DNA of 48,507 bases, taken from a virus (Duplodnaviria > Caudoviricetes). Positions within the stretch are counted from its first letter, which is position 1; each line of letters opens with the position of its first letter. A program made the translations under genes and the position numbers. Below are positions 21,301 to 30,700 of this stretch, one piece after another. The notes under the pieces were generated by a model that worked only from the letters and a program-made list of their open reading frames with translations, was not told the origin of the DNA and searched no databases. The DNA lies in IMG/VR virus record IMGVR_UViG_3300034073_003137, positions 1 to 48,507 of that record. One strand, written 5' to 3'.

Positions 21301-22892
21301 CTTATTCCATCAAAAGTAAAAGATTCATTTTTTAGAAACTTTCCATTTGTATTATATAAAGTAATTACAGTAGAATTAGAAACATTATCTTTTAGATAAC
21401 CAACAGCACCACTTGAGTTTCCTATTACATAAGTTGGTGTAGTTAGTGTTATAGGTTGATTTAGAGTTATTTTGGTATAAGTTTGAATATCATAAAGAGA
21501 AATGTCCCATCTATTAGAATCTAGTAATTCTCCAGTTCTATATGATCCTTCTTCTAATGCAAAATCAAATACTCTTGCTACTCCAATTTCTTCTCCCGCA
21601 GCAGAAGTGTTTATATCCCCTATTCTACTATTTCTTAAACTTATTACATAAGAATTTCCAATTCCTATAGTTGGTGCTCCAGTAACTCGGTTAATTGCTA
21701 ATGTTGGTCCAGTATAATATGGAACTGATTCATCACCGGAATTTTTAGTAGTCCTTGGTTTAGATATATCTAAAAATGTAGGTGAATTTACTTCAACTTC
21801 ATAACCTCTAACATATGCTTTTCCTGGTGATATCTTATATACAGCAAGATCTTCATTTGCTATATTCCCATCATATGTTCTTTTTCCTTCCGCAAAAATT
21901 CCATTATTACCTAGATTATCATTTAATGAATCTTCACAACTAACTTGAAATCTTTTTACATAGTAATCTCCAGATTCTTCAAATGTTCTTTTTGCAAATT
22001 TATCATTAATAAGATTATAAAGAGTATCATTTGGAGTATCTCTTATAATACCACCTTGAACCCTTGCAATTTCTACAAAATTTTGACTATTATTATCATC
22101 TAATGTTCTTTTATCTAAAAGTGCTGTAATTTTTAATCTATCTGCTCCTGGTGCAGCATAGTTATTAAATCCTTTAGCATTATCAGTTAAAGTTTCATCA
22201 AAAGAAGATGTTATAATTTCTTCTACTACAGTAAACCCAATCCTATAATCTGGTGTGTTTGTATATTGATCTAAAATTATAGTTTGGGTGGGAACAGTTA
22301 CAAAATGCCCTCTAAGATAATAAACTCCATTAGATACAGTAAATGAAGATCCAAAAGAGTTTGCATTCAATGAAATAGTTGAAGCAAAAGATTCCCCAGC
22401 AAGAAAAGCATTATTTGAAGTGACTATACTTTCTTCAACTAATAAATTTTCACCATCCTCAAAAAAGAAACTTTCGTTATTTTGAGTGTTAGCATTTAAA
22501 TAACTAACATAGATTGTTACGTTTCCTCTTTCAGATTCGTTTGAAGTTAAAACCTTATTGATAACTGCAGATATTCCAGATCTTTCCCCCTTTACTTTAA
22601 CTCCAATAAAGGCGCTAATATAGGAAGATACATTAATGCCTAAAAATTCATTATTAAGTTCTACTGCATTATAAAAATTGTTGTAACTAGTTTGCCCAGG
22701 AATTACTTTAGCACCTTCTTTAAATATATGATCACCAAACTTTTCTATTTGGTTTTGTAATATTGATTGTAAAGTAGTTAACTCTCTAGCCTGAACAGGA
22801 TATCCAGGTTTAAAAAGAACTTTATAATAGTTCTTATTTTGATCAAAATCATCAAAATAAGGAGATACGTTAAGGTTAGTTTCCTGTGGCAT
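15324..22892 (-). CDS. large virion structural protein, VrlC/DUF4815-like (2522 aa)
   Basis: N-terminus NLNVSPYFDDFD...VLFKPGYPVQARELTTLQSILQNQ; APGADRLKI, KRYQMSDI...LEYYTTLSLLE, FKSGFFVDNF and DPLAQSF motifs. Confidence 0.9.
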   Translation of the reverse strand: MPQETNLNVSPYFDDFDQNKNYYKVLFKPGYPVQARELTTLQSILQNQIEKFGDHIFKEGAKVIPGQTSYNNFYNAVELNNEFLGINVSSYISAFIGVKVKGERSGISAVINKVLTSNESERGNVTIYVSYLNANTQNNESFFFEDGENLLVEESIVTSNNAFLAGESFASTISLNANSFGSSFTVSNGVYYLRGHFVTVPTQTIILDQYTNTPDYRIGFTVVEEIITSSFDETLTDNAKGFNNYAAPGADRLKITALLDKRTLDDNNSQNFVEIARVQGGIIRDTPNDTLYNLINDKFAKRTFEESGDYYVKRFQVSCEDSLNDNLGNNGIFAEGKRTYDGNIANEDLAVYKISPGKAYVRGYEVEVNSPTFLDISKPRTTKNSGDESVPYYTGPTLAINRVTGAPTIGIGNSYVISLRNSRIGDINTSAAGEEIGVARVFDFALEEGSYRTGELLDSNRWDISLYDIQTYTKITLNQPITLTTPTYVIGNSSGAVGYLKDNVSNSTVITLYNTNGKFLKNESFTFDGIRNSRVAVAVTSYSISDVKSIYSDDSSYIFNGDTIQSNFYTIGICSITRASSAGISTITIPGLDYLDNLKVNDVISFTNSSTAATRNYAKITELFTDDISTFAKIVGVSTIVGVCEGKLPTSNISVTDLTVLTTNYLQGSNNFLYSPLSKQNVSDVDLTNSNLNIRKQYTVNITSNSTETIQADTNEFFLPYDEERYSLFTSDGTLEPLSEDKVQISSDGRQLQIKGLNASSSTGANLIATLRKINVKSKIKKKARVRTLVVDKSTVTTSGIGTTTRNDGLQFGNYPYGTRVQDKEISLNVPDIIKVYGIFESLDISTPSAPNAVLSTIVSPNASTIDLVIGEKIIGKSSNSIAILAELPSSNQITFVYQNDSTFTIGETVEFKESGVVAIISSLETPSKNITKSFTFDNGQRDTFYDYGRIIRNEGILEPQKKIKVYFEYAYYDSQDDGDITTANSYQLFDYKNEISYHNGYRVTDIVDIRPRVSDYTVALNERSPFEFEGRKFNQQGNSSTNILASDESILLNYNFYLPRIDRIFVNRNGEFIVKSGVPDENPKPPQPVDESLEIANIFLPPYLYDTKKASITSFDYKRYQMSDISKLETRIKNLEYYTTLSLLESETSNLQILDSSGLNRFKSGFFVDNFSSLSTQEDRIGIRNSVDPFFNTLRPSHYTTSIDLLLATKGGLGIGATTNEDLQNISSEDIIGSNIRKSGDIITLTYTDKEFIKQPYATRVENVQPYILTFWEGDIKLNPSSDIWIDTVRLDPLTIEMEGNYLSTLNQLALTEGVNPQTGLGPVVWGSWSLLGYGTPRWADARTQSQGGTAESEALRNAFTAEQTANPSKFTWVGGSRAASNAGVIPTTGLYVQVVDALYGRSGTQLKVTETFETQSLGSSVVSVDIQPYIRSRNVEFRADKLKPNTKLYAFFDGVNVTNECFPKLVQITMNSGTFIVGETVDIKISGQSSILGSFRLATPNHKKGKFDSPSQTFTENPYNIGQTIPSSYSSTSTLLNVDTASMSLMSDTSYYGLIKKDYTLVGRTSKAIATVSNISLVSDNFGDIVGSFFIPNPNIIQNLKFKSGIRSFRLTSDSDNTFIPGSGGTAAETNYFAEGKTQKIQEKILSIRNAKVTSIAAGSQTKTETQFTGLYIDPLAQSFACDEPSGVYLTKIDVYFQSKDASIPVSCQIRTMDLGTPTQTILPFSEVTLTPDQVNISDDASVPTTFEFESPVYIEGSQEYAVVLLSNSTSYFVWISSILGRDPEGDDEGEFIPPTDTLTGERITTQPILGSLFKSQNASTWTPSQYEDLKFTLYRAEFSTNPGTINFYNPQLTKGNAQIPTLTNNPLDFISRKIRVGLSNTITESDSNFPVGSTVFQSSSGAFGIYAGKVGLATGGTAPGGSGINIDNPGIGYTPSSGSLLYSNIPLISITGSGNGATADITIQDGVAIGATIVTGGYGYQVGDVLTVNNLGADNLGRNLRISVGIVSSFNEIILEDVQGEFNTGVGVGNTLQFVNSSGNFVQLNSGSGGNITPISPIIVENDGLHFRVRHLNHGMHSTLNYVQLSGVTPDVPPSKINSDLSSVFVGSLSVTNSDNFTTFEGLNVSPTNPGYAIIDGEIIKYTSVSNNSLNITERGIDNTIISSHSVESEIRKYEINGVSLLRINKTHRLEDATIDNAIGLDYYTLRLSQEAFTSEDSTLEIADRTPSSSLKPALYFRDSKFDGGVDVSCTQNMQFELLTPIIETFTPGSTNISSQVRTVSGKSISGNEESFVDQGFSPISLGVYNYFPTPRLICSSVNESNLLTELPGNKSLNVLLTLSSADSRLSPCIDLTRTSIITTTNRVNKIVGDNEYPGDNRVNSLVRDQNAFLYVTKSIRLQNPATSLKLYVSADINIYSDMRALYSIDNKENSDPVFELFPGYNNLNNLLETVNPENSDGRPDIFTEKNSILDFENNNFVEYEFTANNLPSFTYYRIKLVMTSTNQSYVPQLKDVRAIALA

Positions 22893-22898
22893 AATTCT

Positions 22899-24485
22899 TT
22901 AGAATTGCAAAACGATTTTGATATTCTCTCTTTGGTTTTGTGACCTAGTAATAGAAGGTCTATGGTCTACATAAACGACATTGCCAGAATTTTTTTTAAC
23001 TTCTGGCACTGAAACACCATTTACAAAAAATTGACCAAGTTGATATGTCCTATTATTTATTACTGTAGTTATACCTGGATTTGTATTTGATCCATAATTA
23101 GAATCGATTTGCAAATTGATGGATCCACCTTCTATCACTAAAGATCCTCCTGTACCTGGATTTGAAGTAAAAGATTCTAATTCAAATCCATAAGTTGGTG
23201 ATGAATTTTTTGACCCATCTGGATTAAATCCATACAAGGTTCTATCTTGCCAATATTTTAAAACTCCTGTATTAGAATCATACGAAATTACTTTTCCAAC
23301 AGCAGTAATTCCAGTTCCTACAGTTTGTGTCACTAAAGAATCAGCAGTAAACCTTGCATTTTTAAAATCATCTGTGTTTTCTATTCCTATAAGTTTTAAT
23401 GCATTTAATGCACTTGCTTTTTCAAGAGATAAAATAGAATCTGATCCATATTGTTCAGGATTTTGAACTATTCCAATTCTAGAGATTTCATTTCCAACAA
23501 TAAAATCTGGATTTTCAGTATCATTTTCAATTTTAGAATAGATCATTGCATAGTATGCTCCAAGTTCTCTATTAATATCATACCCATGTCCACCTTTTGG
23601 GGGAATTATTACTTTAAATGATGGTAATAGAGTATTTCCGGAAACTGGTATTCCACTATTTGCCAAATCTACAGTTCCATAAGTATACCCAGATCCTCCA
23701 CTGGACACAGTTATAGATTGAACTTTTGAATCATTATCTACTAATATTACTGCAGTTGCTCCAGTCCCATCTCCTTTTATTGGAACATTAGTATAAATTC
23801 TATTTCTTGGACCTAGATTTCTACCTCTATCTTCTATTAGAATAGTTTTTAACTGTCCACTAGTTGTTGCATTATTCTTTACTAAAGAAGTTTGTGCCTC
23901 TATTCCCCAGTTCTTAGGAACAGGAATAAAATTAGTACTGTCAAATCTTATAATATCAGAGGGATTAACTGTAAAAAGATATTTCCAAATATATCCATCT
24001 CCACTATCTCCAGCAGATCTTGGTTCCAAATCAGTAAAAATTGGTTCATCTAAAGAAGGTCTTCCGTTTGGATTTTCTGGAGTTGTTCCATTATTCAAAC
24101 AAATATAAACTTTATATTCATTGTTTAATACATAAAAGTTAGAAGAATATAAACTAGTTGCTCCTGTTGCATTAGCAACATTATTTCTACTTATATCATG
24201 TCTATACATGTCATAAGTAACACCACTTTCCCAATCAATTTTTCTAATACACTGCTTTACATCTTCTTCTTTTATTTTTTTCAAGGCAATCATTGTATCC
24301 CAATAATCATTTTCATCATCAAAAGAATCTTTTGGTGATGGAGGACTTTCATTCCACTCCGAATCATACTCAGAAGAATTAGGAAGACCCACAAAAACGT
24401 AATAAGATTGATCTTCAGAAGAAAATCTTTCAACAAAATTCTTTGCCTTTGATATTCTTAATTGATCTGTTATTATTGCTGGCAT
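22899..24485 (-). CDS. g8: baseplate wedge subunit gp8
   Basis: MPAIITDQLR, YKVYICLNNG, DGYIWKYLFT and C-terminal QRENIKIVLQF motifs; ATAAATA at 24501-24507. Confidence 0.92.
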   Translation of the reverse strand: MPAIITDQLRISKAKNFVERFSSEDQSYYVFVGLPNSSEYDSEWNESPPSPKDSFDDENDYWDTMIALKKIKEEDVKQCIRKIDWESGVTYDMYRHDISRNNVANATGATSLYSSNFYVLNNEYKVYICLNNGTTPENPNGRPSLDEPIFTDLEPRSAGDSGDGYIWKYLFTVNPSDIIRFDSTNFIPVPKNWGIEAQTSLVKNNATTSGQLKTILIEDRGRNLGPRNRIYTNVPIKGDGTGATAVILVDNDSKVQSITVSSGGSGYTYGTVDLANSGIPVSGNTLLPSFKVIIPPKGGHGYDINRELGAYYAMIYSKIENDTENPDFIVGNEISRIGIVQNPEQYGSDSILSLEKASALNALKLIGIENTDDFKNARFTADSLVTQTVGTGITAVGKVISYDSNTGVLKYWQDRTLYGFNPDGSKNSSPTYGFELESFTSNPGTGGSLVIEGGSINLQIDSNYGSNTNPGITTVINNRTYQLGQFFVNGVSVPEVKKNSGNVVYVDHRPSITRSQNQRENIKIVLQF

Positions 24486-24503
24486 TTTTACTTTTTTATC
24501 TAT

Positions 24504-27500
24504 TTATGCAAAATAATTTAAATATTTAAGGGGATTAAACCTTCTAACAATAGTGGAAGAAGTTATACCAACGGGATAAGAATTAAATTCTTTTGGAGAT
24601 CTTCTTCTAGAAGTATATATCTTACCCCAACTATAATCTCCATAATAACCTGTAACAGAAGATCCAATAATATTATCTATATTTGATACTTTTACTAAAA
24701 CTGAATTAATATAAGTAACTCCTATTCCTGGCATATCTTTTAATTTAATATCATAATCATAAACCTGATATACATTATCCATAAAATTAGTACTAATTCC
24801 AATGGAAGAATTATCAGTTCTCAGAGAATCTATATTAGTGCCAAGATTTGAATTGGAAACTTTAAAATAATAATCAGTTTTTATTCCACTAATTCCAGTA
24901 GTTGCTATTCCTACTCTATCAGTTAATTGTTGTCTGACATAGGAATGAATAGGAATTGAGAAGTCAAAAATAAGTCCTAGAGTTCCAGTAATTGTCGTTG
25001 TTCCAACTCCAACAATAGTTCCAAAATCTCCCTCATATTCAACTCCTTCAACTATTTCATAGAAAATAGAAGGTTCTTCAATGAGTATATTTGGGGGTTG
25101 ACTTGAAGTATATCCTGATCCAGGATTAACTATATTAATAGAAGTAATTTCTCCATTTAAATTTATGCTTACAGTAGCAGTACACGTAGATCCATTTCCA
25201 AGTGGAGAAGATACTACAACAGAAGGACTAGTTGTATATCCAATACCAGAATCTACAATTTGTATATCGTCAACTTCGCCAGATACTATTAGTGCAGTTG
25301 CAAATCCTGCTCTAATTTCTTTTTGGGATAATAATAAAATTTTATCTTGAGATTCTTTTGATATTTCAAATTCATTTGAACTATCAAAAAATGTTTTAAT
25401 ATTTTCAACAAAGAATTCAGTACTTGAAGCACTTACTGGTTGTATTAAATAAGTTTCCGGATAAATTAAAGGTTCATAAATTATTCTATCTTTTGTAACT
25501 TCTTTTCCGTTTATAAATTTATCGTCTGTTTGACGGCACCAAATCAAAGGTCTTCTTAAATCTTGATCTCTTGTAATTCCCTGTCCACCATATATGTTTG
25601 TTCTTATTGTATCTGAAGTAAGTACTTCTTCAACACTTCTAGATACTTGATCTAAATCCCTAGATCTATCATAAATTCTAACATTATCACCTTCTTTAAT
25701 AGTTTCTAGAATATCTTTATCTCTAGTGTCTACATTTCTAGTTCCTCTATAAAATAGTATCCTGCATTTATCACCTTCTCTTGGAGGTTCTGTAAATGTA
25801 ATTAAACTTCCACCTCTTATATCGTATGATTTTTTAGGAACTTGTAAAACATTGTTAATAGTAATAATTAGATTTGCTGCTATATCAATATCAAATCCGA
25901 GTCTAGGTCTAATTGAAGTTCTATTACCATTAATTGAAATTGGAAATACTCTTCTTTCGCCATCGAATAAATTATCTATATTATCAATTACTTGCAACTG
26001 TCCTATTGACCAAGAGTTAAACTCATCATTTTTGACTTCAGTAACATATACCTGAAATTCTTTAAAGGATAAGGATGAATCGGTTGGTATACCACTTTGT
26101 CCACCAACATCTACTGTTAAAATATCTCCTGGTTTATATCCAAATCCAAGATTCCTAACATCATATTTTATAACACTAGATCCTTGACCAACCACTACAT
26201 CAATAGTTGCTTCAGTTCCAACTCCAGGTTGAGAAAAAGAACTATATTTTAAAGGTAAACTCCAATATTGTAATGGAAGATCAAAGACTACTTTTGGTGG
26301 GGTTAATCTACTATATCCAGAACCTGGATTTGTTATACTGACTCCAACAACACTACCATTTTGGATGGATGCTATTCCAACATATTCAATAGAATTACTT
26401 TGTGTTTTAACTCCAACTTTTACTGAAGTTTGAATTCCAGGACGATATCCTGACCCACTATTACCAATACTAATAGATTGTATTGTTCCAGCCAATGAAA
26501 CCAATGCAGTTCCTCCAGCAGAAACTGTTGGTTGATATCCAAATCCTTCAGTAGATCCAATTGAAAAAATTATTCCACCTCTAGGAAGTTGTGATGTATT
26601 TACATCATATGCAACAGATGCAGCAGTACCAACAAAAGTAATAGAAGTTATTCCTGCGGTTTCTTCAAGAAAAAAGTCATTATCTATTATAATTCCTGTA
26701 GTTCTTGAAGGAGTTTGTGATATATCATTTATTAATACTATTGCATTATCACTAGATATTCCACTAACAGTTTCACCATTCTCAGTTAAGGTAAAAGATC
26801 TTTTATAACCATCAAAATTTTCAGAAAGAGAATCAAACAAATAATTTTTTTCATATGCTTCTTCAGTTCCAAGAGGAACGCCAGATCTTAAAAAGACTCT
26901 TCCACTAAATCTAGATCTAGAATCTAAATTTGTATACTCCAAATCAGAACCAGAAACATTTTGATCTAATCTAGACAAATCATTACCATATGGAGCAGAT
27001 GCAAAATAAATTATGTTATCGATTATATTATAATTTCCCTGAACAATCGTAATAGTTGAACCTATAGAATGAGGTTCAGCATTTGTTCCTAAAATAGGTC
27101 TTTCAACTTTTATTTTATTGTTTTCAGTTGTGCCTATGCCAACTGTAAATACCCTCATATATTCACTATCAATTTTTATAATGCTACCACCTTTGAAATC
27201 TGAAGTATCATTAATTTCAAAAACAGTTTCTGCACTTCCAATTTCTTCTTCTATAAAACTAGTCAATCCTGTAGAAATAATTGGAGATTGTGCAACATTA
27301 TCTAATGTAATCAAACATTTTTTATTTTGATTTTTAGATAAAAATTTATGTTGACCAAACCCTAAAGAATTTATTATTAAAGGTCTAGGAGGGTCTGCAA
27401 GAGCATCTTCTGCAGTTGCCGCAACTCTGATATCAATAGCAGATACTTTAATTACATAAAAAGTTTTTGGAAGATATGATGTAGATACTCCAGAGATTAC

Positions 27501-27752
27501 AGTAGGTTGAATTCCTATTGGAATATCCCCATTTTCTATGGAGTATTGATACTCCAACTCTTCCCCTGAAGAATAAAAATGATTAATTATTCTTATTGTG
27601 TTCGTTGGTATTCTTATTACTGTATTATTTTGAGACTCAATTGGTCTTTCAAATATTAACAAATCATTGTATGTTAACAGAAAAGAATTTGCCTCTCCAA
27701 GTGTTGGATCCCTATACTCACCGGAAGAAGATGAAAAAGTAATATTGCTCAT
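24504..27752 (-). CDS. baseplate/tail structural protein, probably the C-terminal part of a cyanophage-type gp7 (1082 aa)
   Basis: Lies between the g7-like ORF and g8; GSGY beta repeats; ends YGDYSWGKI...RFNPLKY; ATGA overlap with the upstream ORF. Confidence 0.75.
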   Translation of the reverse strand: MSNITFSSSSGEYRDPTLGEANSFLLTYNDLLIFERPIESQNNTVIRIPTNTIRIINHFYSSGEELEYQYSIENGDIPIGIQPTVISGVSTSYLPKTFYVIKVSAIDIRVAATAEDALADPPRPLIINSLGFGQHKFLSKNQNKKCLITLDNVAQSPIISTGLTSFIEEEIGSAETVFEINDTSDFKGGSIIKIDSEYMRVFTVGIGTTENNKIKVERPILGTNAEPHSIGSTITIVQGNYNIIDNIIYFASAPYGNDLSRLDQNVSGSDLEYTNLDSRSRFSGRVFLRSGVPLGTEEAYEKNYLFDSLSENFDGYKRSFTLTENGETVSGISSDNAIVLINDISQTPSRTTGIIIDNDFFLEETAGITSITFVGTAASVAYDVNTSQLPRGGIIFSIGSTEGFGYQPTVSAGGTALVSLAGTIQSISIGNSGSGYRPGIQTSVKVGVKTQSNSIEYVGIASIQNGSVVGVSITNPGSGYSRLTPPKVVFDLPLQYWSLPLKYSSFSQPGVGTEATIDVVVGQGSSVIKYDVRNLGFGYKPGDILTVDVGGQSGIPTDSSLSFKEFQVYVTEVKNDEFNSWSIGQLQVIDNIDNLFDGERRVFPISINGNRTSIRPRLGFDIDIAANLIITINNVLQVPKKSYDIRGGSLITFTEPPREGDKCRILFYRGTRNVDTRDKDILETIKEGDNVRIYDRSRDLDQVSRSVEEVLTSDTIRTNIYGGQGITRDQDLRRPLIWCRQTDDKFINGKEVTKDRIIYEPLIYPETYLIQPVSASSTEFFVENIKTFFDSSNEFEISKESQDKILLLSQKEIRAGFATALIVSGEVDDIQIVDSGIGYTTSPSVVVSSPLGNGSTCTATVSINLNGEITSINIVNPGSGYTSSQPPNILIEEPSIFYEIVEGVEYEGDFGTIVGVGTTTITGTLGLIFDFSIPIHSYVRQQLTDRVGIATTGISGIKTDYYFKVSNSNLGTNIDSLRTDNSSIGISTNFMDNVYQVYDYDIKLKDMPGIGVTYINSVLVKVSNIDNIIGSSVTGYYGDYSWGKIYTSRRRSPKEFNSYPVGITSSTIVRRFNPLKYLNYFA

Positions 27753-30700
27753 ATAGTTATAGCTCCGTCTTGATCGGTAAGTCCTACAATGGTTGTTAAT
27801 ATTCTTATATCATAGTCAATGTCTTCATAGGGAGTGAAGTATAATTCAAAATTTCCAGAAACATTGTTAATTTCTGAATTAAATTGACCTATGGAATTAT
27901 CAAAGTTCAATACTCCATATTCAACAACTAAAGATTCTTGTCTTGAATTATTTAATAAAGTATTCATTTCAATGAATTCAAATCTATTATTAGTTTTATC
28001 TTGTATTACAATATTACTATATGTAGTGCTGTATCTACTTGAGTGAGTAAAAATTAATTTATTTTCTGGAATATCTCCAGTCATAGTTGTAGATATAAAT
28101 TTTGAATTAAATGTATTTCCTAAAATTTGAAGATTGCTATCAGTAACTCCGGTATTTCCAATAGAAGTAATGGTAGCATTTACAAATAAAGAAGTACCTA
28201 TTCCGACATTTGGATGTAAAATTACTTCAAGATCACCACTATTAAGTGATGCACTAAAAGTTACTATTCCAGCAGAGTAATATGGAGTTAGATTTAGATT
28301 ATTTAAATCACCAAAACTATTAATCAAAACTTCTTCATCATTATGAAGAATGCTAATTTCATTAAATTGATAATAAGAATTCCCAGTATCTGATATGGTA
28401 ACCAATAATTTACATGCACGTTGATCAGTAGATATTCCTGGTAAAGAAATTGGGTCAGAATCATCTGATGGAATAATGGTGTTTACATATTGTATCTTTG
28501 CTATATCTCCAAAGTTTAATTCAGTATTAGCAGCACCTACTAGAGCATCACCTATTCCTGTTGAAAAATTATTGTATTTGTAAATCTTTCTTTCGGAAAC
28601 TGAAGGATAGAAAAGTAATTCTCCAAATCTATCAATTTCAGTTCTAAAATCAAAATAACCCATTGTATCTTCACTAGAGATTACTGCATATTGATTTAAG
28701 TATCCTTCTACTCCATCATGAAGCAGAGATACAAATAAAGATTCTGTTCTTGTTGGATCTAAAACATCATATATGTAAACAAAATATTTTCTATATCTTA
28801 CCTCTTCCAACTCAAAAGTATCAATTACTTGGAAAGGTCTTGGTTCTGCTGTGGTAAATTTATCTGAAATGTCATCAATGAGTAAAACTCTATTTCCTAT
28901 TGACTCAATGTAGTCTTGTAAAATTCTAGAATCAAAATAAATTTCATTAGATCTTACTCTTCTGTTTACGATAAATGAATTTTCAGTTACAAGATCAAAA
29001 TCGTGAACACAGTTAAAATCAATAAATTCTGAGGATATACTTTCTGCATAATAATTACCAAGATCTTGAGATGTAGATAATCCAGTATTATAATTCTCAG
29101 ATTGAACTAAAATATCACTAAACTTTTTAAATCCAGAGGTATGATTAATATTACTTACAACATCATTCCATTGTGTAATATCAATTGGAGATTCTATTGA
29201 ATATGAGAAATATTGATAATAATCACTATCATATAATCTTTGGTAATCATTATTTAAAAATCCAGTTTCTAATCTCCATCCTTGTTTTACAGTAGTATTT
29301 GAATTTATATCTAAGTAAGTATTAAATGATATGATACTTTCAATAAGTCCTTTTACATTTGATGTTTGCCCTACTAAAATATCTCCAACTGTAAAATCTT
29401 TATTAGAAGTTACCTTCAGATAATTATTTTCAGGATCCCAACCCTTAACTATTCCAGAATTATTTGATGATTCAACAGTTTCATTAATACCAAATTCAAT
29501 AACTTTTAATTTTGTCTTGAATTTAGGGAAATATTTCTTTGGAATTACCACTCCTTTGGAGAACCGAGTATTATAAACTCCAGGATCTTCACCGGGTTCT
29601 AAAATTCCATCTAAACTATATGAAAAATTAGCTCCACTGAATCCGAAATTTGGATTAAGAATTTCAATTTTAAAGAGTTTGTATTCATAATTTTCTGAGT
29701 TATAACCTTTACTTTCTTCAGATTCTACACTTACATTTTCAATTAATACTTCATCTCCCAATTCAAATGGGAAGTTGACAGTATTATTAAATTCACCTTC
29801 TAATATTACTGTAACTCTGTTAGTGAATTGATCATAGAATATATCACTAATTAAAAATCCATTATCATTATTAATTGGAATTATTATTGGTTCAACTTTA
29901 CTTATACCTTTTGTATTTTGTAATATCAGTACTTCATTGTCTTCAATGTCATATTTTAGCAAAACATCATCGACAACTTCATTGCTTATTCCATCTAATA
30001 CAACTAAATCTGGAGAAGAATTATAATTTTTTCCTCTACTTTCAACTTCAACAAAATCAAATATATTAAAAGGTAAAATTCTAATTATTGAAGGAAATAT
30101 GCACTTTGGTCTAATAGTAATATCTGAAGAATAATTAAATCCTATATCTTTTATTTTTATATTATTTGATGTTACATTTCCAATAGTACTGGTAGATATT
30201 TCTAATATAGCATTTGTTCCAATTCCACTTTGAATAGTTTTAATAACTGGGACTTTATTATATAATTTATTTTGATTATTGACAGATACTTTTGATATTC
30301 CACCTAAAGTAGTAGAAGAATCAGTTTCATAAGTAATTGTAGAATTATTTCGATTATAAATTTTTGCTTCTACTGGGTTAATAGTATCAAAAGTAAATGT
30401 GTTTGAAGTGTAATTTGTTACTCTTTGTTTTCCTTGAATTTGACTATTAACTAATGAAATTCTATTAAAGTTTATTTGTTCTTTATCAATGTATATCTCT
30501 TTTTTAACAGAAGGTAATCTATTTAAGTCTATAGGAACTAAAGAATAATAAATTGTATCTGGTAAATTTTTAGTTTTTAATGTAATTGTTGAGGTAGTTC
30601 CTACCCCAATACTACCAGAAGTTGTTATATCAAATGTTCCAAACTCGTTTTCAAAATTTTCATCGTAAAATAATTTCAAATCAAAAGCTGGTCTAATTGT